The position numbers and the translations under genes were made by a program. A stretch of 44,582 nucleotides of DNA, taken from positions 93,019-137,600 of the IMG/VR virus record IMGVR_UViG_3300018465_000004; one strand, written 5' to 3'. Positions 19,401 to 27,476 of the stretch are shown here, piece by piece. The notes beneath the pieces were generated by a model. It was given only the letters and a program-made list of their open reading frames with translations, was not told the DNA's origin and ran no database searches. How positions within the stretch are numbered: position 1 is the stretch's first letter; every line of letters starts with the position of its first letter. This DNA comes from a virus.

Positions 19401-20426
19401 ACCGACACCCCGTTGACCTGCCAGGGCACCGTCCAGTTCACCATCCCCGACGCCAAGGACATGCCGGCCGCCCTTACCCGCATCCGCACCCAGCTGACCG
19501 CGATGGGCTGCCCACTCGTCCCGGCGACCCGCGCCGACCTGGAGCTGTTCTACTGGCGCCACCTGGCCCACATCCTTGCCGACCGTGCCGACAGCCGGCG
19601 AGACGCGCCGCCGTGCAACCGGCGGGCCGCGGACTGGGCAAGGTTCGTCGAGTTCTGGAAGCGGGCCGACAGCAACAAGCCAGACGAGATCGCCCGCTGG
19701 CGGCACGCCTTCGCCGCGCTCACCTCACCCGCGCAGATCGCCACGTTCGTCGACTCCGGCGGACACCTGCCCCGCTTCCAGCACCTGGACCTGCGAGCCC
19801 CGCACCAGCCCTGCGGCAAGCCCCACTGGATGCGATTCGACGTCACCGACGCCGACCTCAGGGAACGCCCAATGCTCGGAGCCAACTTCCGCAACGGCCC
19901 CGAACTGGTACTCACGGCCGGAGCGGCGATGAGCACCGAGACCCGGATCCGGACCCTGGCCATCTGGAAACCCGGCCAGTCCAGCGCAGAGGATCTCAAC
20001 TGCGGCAGCGGCTCATTCGTCTTCCTCCGCAACGGGATGGAACGCTGGAACGACCCCGCCAGCATCTACTTCCATCCCCGGGTCCTGGCCCGCACCACCA
20101 CCTACACCTTCGGCGGGGACTTCTACGGCCGGCTCAGCTCCCGGCGCGAGTGCGGCCTGTTCGCCTTCGACCGGCACGCCGCACACGTCGAATGCGGCAA
20201 CGAGACCATGGTCAAGGACGCCATCGGACTCCTTGACGACATCGAGCTGATGGTGTTCAAGGGCGCCGCAACCAGGGACGCCTGGGTCGCCCGGCTGGCC
20301 AAGCTGGGAATCACCGAGATCCGCGGCCTGCCGGTCGCCCTGCGCTGCATCACCCGGTCCACGGGCCGGGCAGCTCGCGATGAGGTGTGCGGCCTCATCC
20401 GCGCCACCTACGATCAGGGGTGGTGA
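16482..20426 (+). CDS. Large multidomain protein with a HipA/PI3-PI4-kinase-like domain
   Basis: WVFKP (Lys), helix-C Glu (PEVEHEA), catalytic loop DWLLDNDDTHADN and IDKG (DFG equivalent); start at 16482 (ATG) or 16473 (TTG). Confidence 0.8.
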   Translation: MDSGLVDEFATFTWKLNSSSNTSLHWFGDPVPDAALITLAQQSTDTVVTPAEVTYTASFGDLVTLAETAEKLPDPEPATVEPAPAPGDDTPILIGTLTLTRAQVQEAIDLLTANKSNWVVVPLQKIGHPLAEHSWELANRENAYDPAIPTPKGRHALVQHLTKALTGSHLGPFALDANRYAIAPVPDPGDLMYWGVDAYRDYIGKVAAAIGNGKIVGRGASRLSPNKLVEWVHAWLRGDMKAVYDLEIDTGVMGSPHHPGAPGNPATHRIVWQPAIPGEIPAGIRIPGIWKSPEGSWTNAMVDNYLVRAKAKNPQYMSMSQRSRWVKAHLAGRKYDVDQISRKVHPHQGNFYRSHAPVLSPDMPPSQWDTWRNYVDDHVGVEVWHTLALETFAADHGITLPFFHAAQVALVAPAVEKLRTAEHISRQQLTFTAASDQPDLAGFHRKVVLVDQHKRRWVFKPAPKPDAKFRPEVEHEAHVLARLLGYQTAVSHLITHDGQYGQAQAMLPVTGSLLGTTGAKFADLSRRQLIAIAKEHLLDWLLDNDDTHADNIVLCADGSVIGIDKGRAWRYVGGWDGLSADKKANTNCKLIYTDLYAAIAAHHLDRAVVDAMYHAVIGQATRMQRLPDAVLGEILHRAQANRPHFKPSFYQKEIATAPTNAEELVAQITARKNNLVADMQLLWQRIYTAAGWERPETPAHNLGPNPQGHPIHAGLDNPDLHDLVPQTKSYGTPTFIAGEHIEEAHILLWREQHPHSGYAIRGQFKIRPGQVYEAVRKWCAEQIKTALAKTGQVQVPGEAAAYAAIIAAAKTVSFHHQVGDTEYNRAKMDQLNAYNHILTTVRDDARKGLTGGDPGGLCEAQIEMCNLYLGYIQAIYERLVAKLQISQEGDFPRYKWTPGPKTVTKPGYTVAKLPLTRAAANLRMTPEFDQDGELALSGDVLKSDANCTNGQLGQMYLTTLVTGEQIEFRGDADTDTPLTCQGTVQFTIPDAKDMPAALTRIRTQLTAMGCPLVPATRADLELFYWRHLAHILADRADSRRDAPPCNRRAADWARFVEFWKRADSNKPDEIARWRHAFAALTSPAQIATFVDSGGHLPRFQHLDLRAPHQPCGKPHWMRFDVTDADLRERPMLGANFRNGPELVLTAGAAMSTETRIRTLAIWKPGQSSAEDLNCGSGSFVFLRNGMERWNDPASIYFHPRVLARTTTYTFGGDFYGRLSSRRECGLFAFDRHAAHVECGNETMVKDAIGLLDDIELMVFKGAATRDAWVARLAKLGITEIRGLPVALRCITRSTGRAARDEVCGLIRATYDQGW

Positions 20427-20716
20427 TACCGGTGCTGCTCCACCTCGTCCCGCCCGCCGGCCCCGTCGGGGCCTGGCGGGCGGTCGACGACACCTTGCAC
20501 TGCTACTACCCCGACGAGCACGCCGGGCACGAGCCGACCGCCCGTGCCATCCTCAACCTGCGCGGCACGCAGGTGCCCTGGCCGGTGTGGTTCGAACGCC
20601 TCGCCGAGCGGGCCGGCTACACCGCCGACTTCGCCCTGATGAGCGCCCCGGCCGACAAACCGTTGAAGGCCCTCCTTGGCGAGGCCGTCGCCCTCTGGAC
20701 GGCCCGCAACAGCTGA
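20423..20716 (+). CDS. Hypothetical protein, 97 aa, translationally coupled to the kinase gene
   Basis: GTGA overlap at 20423-20426. Confidence 0.65.
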   Translation: MIPVLLHLVPPAGPVGAWRAVDDTLHCYYPDEHAGHEPTARAILNLRGTQVPWPVWFERLAERAGYTADFALMSAPADKPLKALLGEAVALWTARNS

Positions 20717-20773
20717 TCCACCTCCCACCCAGGCACTGACCGATAAAGGTCAGTGTTTGGGAGGTGGAAGCAG

Positions 20774-21910
20774 ATGCCAGACGAGCTGGTCATCGTCCCG
20801 TCCGACGGTGACGGTTATGTCGAACTCGCCCGTACCAAGCAGGGCAGGCTTTTCCGCAAGCACATCCTCAACAAGGGTGCTCTGCGCCACCCCACCACCG
20901 GGTCGACGATTACCATCGACGACACCTTCGTCGACACCCTCAAGACGAACTTCGCCAACGGGGTTTGCGACATCGTCCAGGTGCCGCTGGCGAACGACAA
21001 GAACGAGCACACCGAGGACCCGACCCGCAACATCGGCGAGGTCATCGGAATCGAAGCCACCGCCGACAAGGTGTACGCGCTCATCGACGCCCGCGATGCC
21101 GACGCTGCGGGCAAGCTCGGAAAGACGCTGCTGGGCGCATCGGCGATGATGCACCTGGACTACACCGACACCAAGACCGGTGAAAAGGTCGGCCCCACCC
21201 TGCTGCACACCTGCGTCACCAACAGGCCCTACGTCACCGGCTTGGAGGACTATCAGGAGATCGTCGCAGCTTCTTCCGATAGTTCACACGGAGCGGTACT
21301 GCTCACCACTGACGTGATCGAAGTCGCAGCAGTGGATGACACAAAGCCCGTTGAGGAGACCACGGACATGGGTGACGAGTCGAAGACTGCGCAGCCGACG
21401 GCCACGCCCAGTCTCGAAGACCTCCTGACGACTCTCAAGAACGACCACAACATCGACGTGACCGCGCTTCAGGCCGCGGCAGCGCAGGCGGACCAAGCGG
21501 CGACGCTTTCCAAGACGCTCGTCGACGCGCTCACCAACGCCGGTGTGGTCAAGCTGTCCAATGAGGAGAAGGAGACGGTCTCCACCGAGACTGTCGTCGG
21601 CGCGGTCGCCACGCTCGCGGAGAACAACGTCGCGCTCACCAGCCGGGTCCAGAAGCTGGAGCGGCAGGACGCTGAGCACGCGGTGCAGACCCTCATCGAC
21701 GCGGGCCGGATCCTGCCGGCGGAGAAGGAAGCCCGGGTCGAGCTGAAGCTGACCAGCCCGGCGATGTTCGACCGGCTCCTGCCGGCCGAGCCGATCGTGA
21801 AGCTCAACAACGCGTCCGGGGTCACCCCGCCGGAAGACACCGCGCACGTCAAGGACATCGACGCCGAGGTCGCCCGGCTCAGCGCTCTCCTCAAGGAGAA
21901 CGCGAAGTAA
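20774..21910 (+). CDS. Capsid maturation protease (Mu gpI-like) with a C-terminal scaffold region
   Basis: GPTLLHTCVTNRPYV motif; helical Ala/Glu-rich C-terminus; GGAGGT RBS before ATG 20774. Confidence 0.82.
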   Translation: MPDELVIVPSDGDGYVELARTKQGRLFRKHILNKGALRHPTTGSTITIDDTFVDTLKTNFANGVCDIVQVPLANDKNEHTEDPTRNIGEVIGIEATADKVYALIDARDADAAGKLGKTLLGASAMMHLDYTDTKTGEKVGPTLLHTCVTNRPYVTGLEDYQEIVAASSDSSHGAVLLTTDVIEVAAVDDTKPVEETTDMGDESKTAQPTATPSLEDLLTTLKNDHNIDVTALQAAAAQADQAATLSKTLVDALTNAGVVKLSNEEKETVSTETVVGAVATLAENNVALTSRVQKLERQDAEHAVQTLIDAGRILPAEKEARVELKLTSPAMFDRLLPAEPIVKLNNASGVTPPEDTAHVKDIDAEVARLSALLKENAK

Positions 21911-21955
21911 CCGTCGTCTCCCCACCCCGGATAGACGCTTCGAAAGGCTGAGGAA

Positions 21956-22351
21956 ATGGCGAACGCCTACCAGGTCATCCCGACCCCCGGTTACACCAAG
22001 GGCCCGGACTACACCGACCCGGAGATCCTGTACTCGGCGGTCGGCTACCGCCAGTACGGCGTGACCCTTGCCGGCGGCCAGGGCATCATCCCGGCCGGCA
22101 CCGTGCTGGGCCAGCAGACCGCCAACAAGAAGTACTACGTCTACAACAACGCCGGGGCTGGCGGCATCGCCACCGCGCGGGGCATCCTGCGCCGGGCGGT
22201 GGACACCGGCGCGGCGGGCTCGCCGGACCAGCAGGGCAACATCCTGGTCTCCGGCATGCTCAAGCTCAGCCTGCTCTCCGGTGCCGACGCGGCAGCCATC
22301 ACCGACTTCGGTGCGGTTGTCGACAGCGTCCGGGGTACCTTCAAGTTCTGA
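21956..22351 (+). CDS. Head decoration protein (lambda gpD-like)
   Basis: GVTLAGGQGIIPAGTVLG motif; position between protease and capsid genes. Confidence 0.78.
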   Translation: MANAYQVIPTPGYTKGPDYTDPEILYSAVGYRQYGVTLAGGQGIIPAGTVLGQQTANKKYYVYNNAGAGGIATARGILRRAVDTGAAGSPDQQGNILVSGMLKLSLLSGADAAAITDFGAVVDSVRGTFKF

Positions 22352-22361
22352 TTCACCTCCC

Positions 22362-22398
22362 GAAAAGGACCGCGTCGCTCAGCCGCGCGGTCCTTTTC
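22362..22398 (+). terminator. Intrinsic terminator-like inverted repeat
   Basis: Perfect 13-bp arms GAAAAGGACCGCG / CGCGGTCCTTTTC immediately after the decoration gene. Confidence 0.75.
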
Positions 22399-22432
22399 CT
22401 GTCTCACGCGCACGGCACCGATGTAGCTGGCG

Positions 22433-23296
22433 ATGAACACGGACCCTGGGCTGCTGACACCCGAACGCGTCTCCCGGCTCGATGACCTCATCGCGGAAGC
22501 CGGCCAGATCCTGGAGACGGCGATCGAGACCCACGTCTACGCCGACCGGCGGACGGTCGCAGCTATCTGCTGCCTGTTCTCCGGCGGCAACGACTCCACG
22601 GTCTTGACCCACCTTTTCCGGAACCGGGCCGATTACGCCGTTCACATCAACACCGGCATCGGAATCGAACAGACCCGGCAGTACGTCAGGGATACCTGCA
22701 TCGCGTTCGGACTGCCGCTGATCGAGGAGCATCCGCCGCCGGGCAGCACATACCGGGAGATCGTCCTAGACCGCGGCTTCCCCGGACCCGCCCACCACTG
22801 GAAGATGTACACCCGGCTCAAGGAACGTGGCCTGGAGAAGGTCCGCACCCGGTTGGTCCCCAACCCCTACCGGCAGCGGGTCGTCTTCCTGGCCGGGCGC
22901 CGCCGCGACGAGTCCCACCGCCGCGCCGCAGTTCCCGAGCAGGGCCGAAAGCGGTCCATGGTGTGGGTTTCCCCGCTGGTCAACTGGACCAAGCTCGATA
23001 TCAACACCTACCGCCTGCTCCATGACCTTCCGCGCAATGAGGTGTCTGACCTGCTTCACATGAGCGGCGAGTGCTTGTGCGGCGCCTTCGCCAAGAAGGG
23101 CGAGCTGGACGAGATCGGTGACTGGTTTCCCGACGTCCGCAAGCAGATCGAGGAGCTTCAGGAGGAGGTCCGGGCCGCCGGACACCTCGAACAGCGATGC
23201 CAGTGGGGATGGGGCGCCTACCGAGATGGCGGGCCGCGTTCCAAGTCCGGACTGATGTGTTCGACCTGCGAATGGGCCGCCGACGCTCGGCAATGA
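22433..23296 (+). CDS. PAPS-reductase-family (PP-loop) protein
   Basis: FSGGNDS PP-loop, GRRRDES, SPLVNWT, SGECLCG and C-terminal CSTC. Confidence 0.88.
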   Translation: MNTDPGLLTPERVSRLDDLIAEAGQILETAIETHVYADRRTVAAICCLFSGGNDSTVLTHLFRNRADYAVHINTGIGIEQTRQYVRDTCIAFGLPLIEEHPPPGSTYREIVLDRGFPGPAHHWKMYTRLKERGLEKVRTRLVPNPYRQRVVFLAGRRRDESHRRAAVPEQGRKRSMVWVSPLVNWTKLDINTYRLLHDLPRNEVSDLLHMSGECLCGAFAKKGELDEIGDWFPDVRKQIEELQEEVRAAGHLEQRCQWGWGAYRDGGPRSKSGLMCSTCEWAADARQ

Positions 23297-23431
23297 GGCT
23301 CTTCAGCGGGGTTGCCGTGAATTGAGTCCGATGAAACAACGCGAAGGCCAGTCGGGTGATCCCCCAGGGGAGATGCAGGCCGGGCTCCAGTTCTCGGAGT
23401 CGCTGATCCGGAGCAGTCCAAAGGAGATGCT

Positions 23432-24442
23432 GTGCCCGACATCAGCCTTCTCGAACCCATGGTCCTGCGGGGCGTGGTCGAGAAGTTCGTCGCTCCCGAG
23501 TCGCTGGTGATGCTCGGGCGCGTACCGAAGACCTCGTGGCCTTTCCCGTCCGTCACCTGGGATGTCATCCGTGGCTCGCGGATGGTCGCCAAGCCCAACG
23601 TCCCGAACTCCGAAGCGCACATCGTGCCCCGGCTCGGCCGGTCGCAGGAAAGCGCTGCGTTCGTCTACCTGCGTGAGAAGAAGGTCTTCGAGCCCACCAC
23701 GCTGCACTGGCTGCGGACTCCGGGCGAGATCGCCTCGACCAACGCGGAGAAGGCCGTCATGCGCGAGGTCGCCGACCTCAACCAGCGCCTGGACAACTTC
23801 GCGGAGTTCACCATCTGGGGCGCCATGAAGGGCGAGCTGGTCCTCGACTACCCCGATGTGCAGACGACGGTGGACTACCAGCTACCGGCAAGCCACAAGC
23901 CCGACCCGGGCACCGGCTGGGACACCGCCACCCCGCAGCAGATCGTCTCCGACATCCGCGCGTGGAAGCGGCTGATCGCCCGCGACGGCCGGGTCCCGGC
24001 CCGGGAGGCGTTCGCCACCGAGCTGACCCTCAGCTACATCTTCGACGCCTTCGCCACCACCGGCGCGGCCAACTTCCCCGGCGGTCAGCTGCTGTCCGAC
24101 CGGATGAAGGACAACTACTACGCGCAGGGCACCCTGCCGGGCTTCATGGGCCTGGAGTGGAAGACCGTCGAGACCGTCTACGACGACGACCTCGGTGTGT
24201 CCACCCTGTTCGTCCCGGACAACGCCCTGTTCATCGGCAACTACACCGACCAGCGGCCGATCGAGCTGATGGTCGGCCCGACCGCGGACGACGAGGCACC
24301 CTCGGGCTTCACCGGCAAGTTCTCGAAGACCTGGAAGGACAAGGACCCGTCGGCGCGGCAGTTCCTGATCGAGTGGAACATCCTGCCGGTGGTCACCCGC
24401 CCCGAGCAGATGGTCTACGTGGACGACGTCACCTCCACCTGA
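23432..24442 (+). CDS. Major capsid protein (lambda gpE-like HK97 fold)
   Basis: 336 aa; AAGGAG RBS; highly biased codons; typical C-terminus (WKDKDPSARQFLIEWNILPV); position. Confidence 0.9.
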   Translation: MPDISLLEPMVLRGVVEKFVAPESLVMLGRVPKTSWPFPSVTWDVIRGSRMVAKPNVPNSEAHIVPRLGRSQESAAFVYLREKKVFEPTTLHWLRTPGEIASTNAEKAVMREVADLNQRLDNFAEFTIWGAMKGELVLDYPDVQTTVDYQLPASHKPDPGTGWDTATPQQIVSDIRAWKRLIARDGRVPAREAFATELTLSYIFDAFATTGAANFPGGQLLSDRMKDNYYAQGTLPGFMGLEWKTVETVYDDDLGVSTLFVPDNALFIGNYTDQRPIELMVGPTADDEAPSGFTGKFSKTWKDKDPSARQFLIEWNILPVVTRPEQMVYVDDVTST

Positions 24443-24452
24443 TCCAGCCTCA

Positions 24453-24486
24453 CAGGAGGGCCAGCCCGCGCGGGCTGGCCCTCCTG
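24453..24486 (+). terminator. Perfect 34-bp palindrome after the capsid gene (terminator-like)
   Basis: CAGGAGGGCCAGCCCGC/GCGGGCTGGCCCTCCTG. Confidence 0.8.
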
Positions 24487-24533
24487 CCGTTTCCGGCGGC
24501 CGATTAGCCAAGCCTGAAAGGTGGTGGCCCTTT

Positions 24534-25184
24534 ATGCCCAGACGTCCCCGTGAACCCCGAGCCGGCGCTCCTGAAGTCGTCGACGTGCTCGCCCAGGTTG
24601 TGCCCGTTCCTGCGCCGGTGGAGCTTCCCCCGGTCGTCGAGATCCCGACCTTCGAGCTGCTTCCGGACGACCCCGCCCCGGCCCCGCGGCCGGCGCCGGA
24701 ATCGACACTGACCCCGGAGCAGCGGCGCATCCGCGACCTGGAGAACCAGCTCGCTGTCGAGCGTGGCCGGAAGGATCCTGAGCCGGAGTTGGAAGAGCCG
24801 GCCGAACCCGGTGCGCAGGGCAACATCCTGATCCACTTCGTCGCTGAGGGCTTCACCGCCCTCGGCATGGTCTGGCGCCGCGGTCAGGAGCTGGAATTCG
24901 TCCCCGGTTCGCCGGCCTACCGGGACACCTGCGACCGGTTCGGCCGTAGCTGGCTGGAACTGCGCGACAACGAGCAGGCCCAGGTCGAGCGGTTCAAGGA
25001 AGTGAAGTTCCGCTCCGGTCCGTGGCTCGGCAAGTCGTACGCCGAGGTTGCCTCGGCCCACTTCGAACGGCTCAAGCCGCTCCAGGATGGACAGTCGCTG
25101 GCCCCGACCGAGCAGGAGCTACGCCAGGCCGCGCTTGCCGAAGCCCGGCGCAACCGGGCAGCGCCGAGACTGCCGGTGCACTGA
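24534..25184 (+). CDS. Hypothetical head-region protein with a Pro-rich N-terminus
   Basis: Clean ORF directly after the capsid gene. Confidence 0.7.
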   Translation: MPRRPREPRAGAPEVVDVLAQVVPVPAPVELPPVVEIPTFELLPDDPAPAPRPAPESTLTPEQRRIRDLENQLAVERGRKDPEPELEEPAEPGAQGNILIHFVAEGFTALGMVWRRGQELEFVPGSPAYRDTCDRFGRSWLELRDNEQAQVERFKEVKFRSGPWLGKSYAEVASAHFERLKPLQDGQSLAPTEQELRQAALAEARRNRAAPRLPVH

Positions 25185-25230
25185 GCACGAGGGCGGCGAG
25201 TGCCCGGATGGTCGATCCGATGAATAGACC

Positions 25231-25629
25231 GTGCCTATCCGACGGATCTCGCCGCCCACGCCCGGCGATTCCGGGCCGGTAGGCGCCGGCGCGCCCACCA
25301 CCCTCAGCGCCCCTGCGGACATCGCCACCGGCCGTGGCCCCACCTACGAGTGGGAAACCTTCATGATCGACGCGCTGGAACGCATCGACGCCCTGGAGCA
25401 GGGCGGCGGAGGTGGCGGAAGCCCCGGCACCGGAGCGTCCTACCTGCACGTACAGGCCAGTCCCGCGGCCACCTGGACCGTCACCCACAACCTCGACACC
25501 AAGCCCGTCGTGGCGGTGGTCTCCACCGGCGGAGTCCTGCTGTTCGCCGAGATCAGCTACCCCAACGACAACACCACCGTGATCACCTTCGGCCAGCCAT
25601 ACGCCGGCTCGGCCTACTTCAGGGGATAA
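25231..25629 (+). CDS. Putative head-fibre or structural protein
   Basis: Gly linker and a TVTHNL...NTTVITF beta module shared with the next gene. Confidence 0.65.
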   Translation: MPIRRISPPTPGDSGPVGAGAPTTLSAPADIATGRGPTYEWETFMIDALERIDALEQGGGGGGSPGTGASYLHVQASPAATWTVTHNLDTKPVVAVVSTGGVLLFAEISYPNDNTTVITFGQPYAGSAYFRG

Positions 25630-25638
25630 GGACCGTCG

Positions 25639-26427
25639 ATGGCGATCAAGTTCACCCAGACCGTCGACTTCGACAACCAGCGGTTGACCGCGGTCGGGTC
25701 CCCGTCGGCGGCCACCGATGCCGCCAACAAGTCCTACGTGGACGCCGCCCTCATCGGGCAGGACTGGAAGGCCAGCGTCCGCGCCGCCTCCACCGCCAAC
25801 CTCACCCTGACCGCGCCGGGCTCGACCATCGACGGCGTGTCCATGGTCTCCGGCGACCGGTTCCTCGCCAAGGACCAGTCCACCGGCGGGCAGAACGGCA
25901 TCTACGTCTGGAACGGCGCCGCCAGCGCAGCCACCCGAGCCACCGACGCCGACACCGTCGCCGAGTTCAACACCGGCGCGACCACCTCGGTCGAGGAAGG
26001 CTCGGTCAACGCCGGCAAGACCTTCCTGCTCATCACCCCCGGCCCGATCACCCTGGGCACCACTGCGCTGACCTTCACCCAGGCTGCCGGGTCGTCGAGC
26101 TACCTCGGCGGCGCCGGGCTGACCCTGACCGGCTCCACCTTCGCCGTGGGCGCCGGCACCGGTGTGACCGTCAACGCCGACGACGTGGCCATCGACCCCA
26201 ACGTCGTCGTGCGCAAGTACGCCACCAACGTCGGCAACGGCTCGTCGACCTCCATCACCGTCACCCACAACCTGGCCACCCGCGACGTGATCGTGCAGGT
26301 CTACACCAACGCCACACCCTGGGACACCGTCATCTGCGAAGTGCAGCGCCCCGATACCAACACGGTGACCCTCATCTTCGGCACGGCACCGGCCTCGGGC
26401 GCCTACCGGGCGGTGGTGCACGCGTGA
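25639..26427 (+). CDS. Putative fibre protein
   Basis: DAANKSYVD trimer-neck motif; DWKASVRAASTANL...DRFLAKDQ...QNGIY fibre domain; TVTHNL module. Confidence 0.75.
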   Translation: MAIKFTQTVDFDNQRLTAVGSPSAATDAANKSYVDAALIGQDWKASVRAASTANLTLTAPGSTIDGVSMVSGDRFLAKDQSTGGQNGIYVWNGAASAATRATDADTVAEFNTGATTSVEEGSVNAGKTFLLITPGPITLGTTALTFTQAAGSSSYLGGAGLTLTGSTFAVGAGTGVTVNADDVAIDPNVVVRKYATNVGNGSSTSITVTHNLATRDVIVQVYTNATPWDTVICEVQRPDTNTVTLIFGTAPASGAYRAVVHA

Positions 26428-27476
26428 GCCAGAAGATCCTGGTACCGCTGGACCTCGGCGGGCAACGGCTGACCAACATCGGCGCGCCGACCACCTCCAC
26501 CGACGCCGCCACCCGCTCCTATGTGGACTCCACCAGTGTCGGGCGGTACCGAGGCAACTGGACCTCCGGAACACCCGCTGACGGTCTCGGCGCCTATGTG
26601 ACGTCCGACATCGCCACCTACCAGGGCACCACCTACCGCGCCAACAGCACCCCGGACGCCGGGGTGTCCCCGGCCAACAACCTGGACTGGGACATCATCG
26701 CCCAGGGCGGAGCGGACGGGGTCAACGGCACCAACGGCGTCAGTTTCACCTACCAGGGCGAATGGATCAGCGGCACCCCGTACCTGATCGGTCAATGGGT
26801 CACCTACTCCGGCGACCTGTACTACTGCAACGGCAACATCGCCAACGCCACCGCGGCCCCCAACATCGACGTCGGTTGGAACCTCGGCATGGAAGGCGGC
26901 GGGGGAGGAGGCGTCTCCCCGGGCCAGGTGCCGCTCGCCTCGATCCGCGCCAGCGGCTACCTGTTCACGCAGTGCGCCGGAAGCCAGGGCAACAGCACCG
27001 CGGTTGGCGTCGGTGTGCAGGTGGCCAGTCCGCTGTACATCCCCGATGACACCACCGCCGACCGGTTCTGCTTGCAGATCATCACACTTGCCGCATCCGC
27101 GTTGTGGAGACTCGGCATCTACGCCGACACCGGCGCCCCGACCCACTACCCAGGCGCTCTGGTGTACGAGGCCGGCACCGTCGACGGCAGCACCTCAGGG
27201 GTCAAGGAGATCACGCCCGGCACCCCGCCGGACCTGCCGGCCGGGGTCTACTGGATCTGCGGCAAGGTCGAAGGTGCCTACGCGGCAGCCAGAGGCACCT
27301 CCGGGCCGGTATGGGGCGTGGTCCCCTCAGGCAACAGCTCCAGCAACGATGTGGCCGCCGGTTACATCTGCACCGGTTCCGGTTCCTCGCTACTGAGCAC
27401 GTGGCCATCGTGGGGTACCTCCGGCACCGGAACCGTCGGCGCCGCACCCCGCGTCGGGATCCGGGTGACCGGCTGA
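26424..27476 (+). CDS. Putative fibre protein with carbohydrate-binding-like (YxxGxxVTY) repeats
   Basis: GTGA overlap; DAATRSYVD neck; YRGNW..YVTSDIATYQG and YQGEW..YLIGQWVTYSG repeats. Confidence 0.7.
   Translation: MSQKILVPLDLGGQRLTNIGAPTTSTDAATRSYVDSTSVGRYRGNWTSGTPADGLGAYVTSDIATYQGTTYRANSTPDAGVSPANNLDWDIIAQGGADGVNGTNGVSFTYQGEWISGTPYLIGQWVTYSGDLYYCNGNIANATAAPNIDVGWNLGMEGGGGGGVSPGQVPLASIRASGYLFTQCAGSQGNSTAVGVGVQVASPLYIPDDTTADRFCLQIITLAASALWRLGIYADTGAPTHYPGALVYEAGTVDGSTSGVKEITPGTPPDLPAGVYWICGKVEGAYAAARGTSGPVWGVVPSGNSSSNDVAAGYICTGSGSSLLSTWPSWGTSGTGTVGAAPRVGIRVTG

Noticed and set aside
22433-23296. Calling the PAPS-reductase-family gene cysH or dndC
   Set aside because: Only the family-level PP-loop motifs are evident, and no partner genes of either pathway are present.
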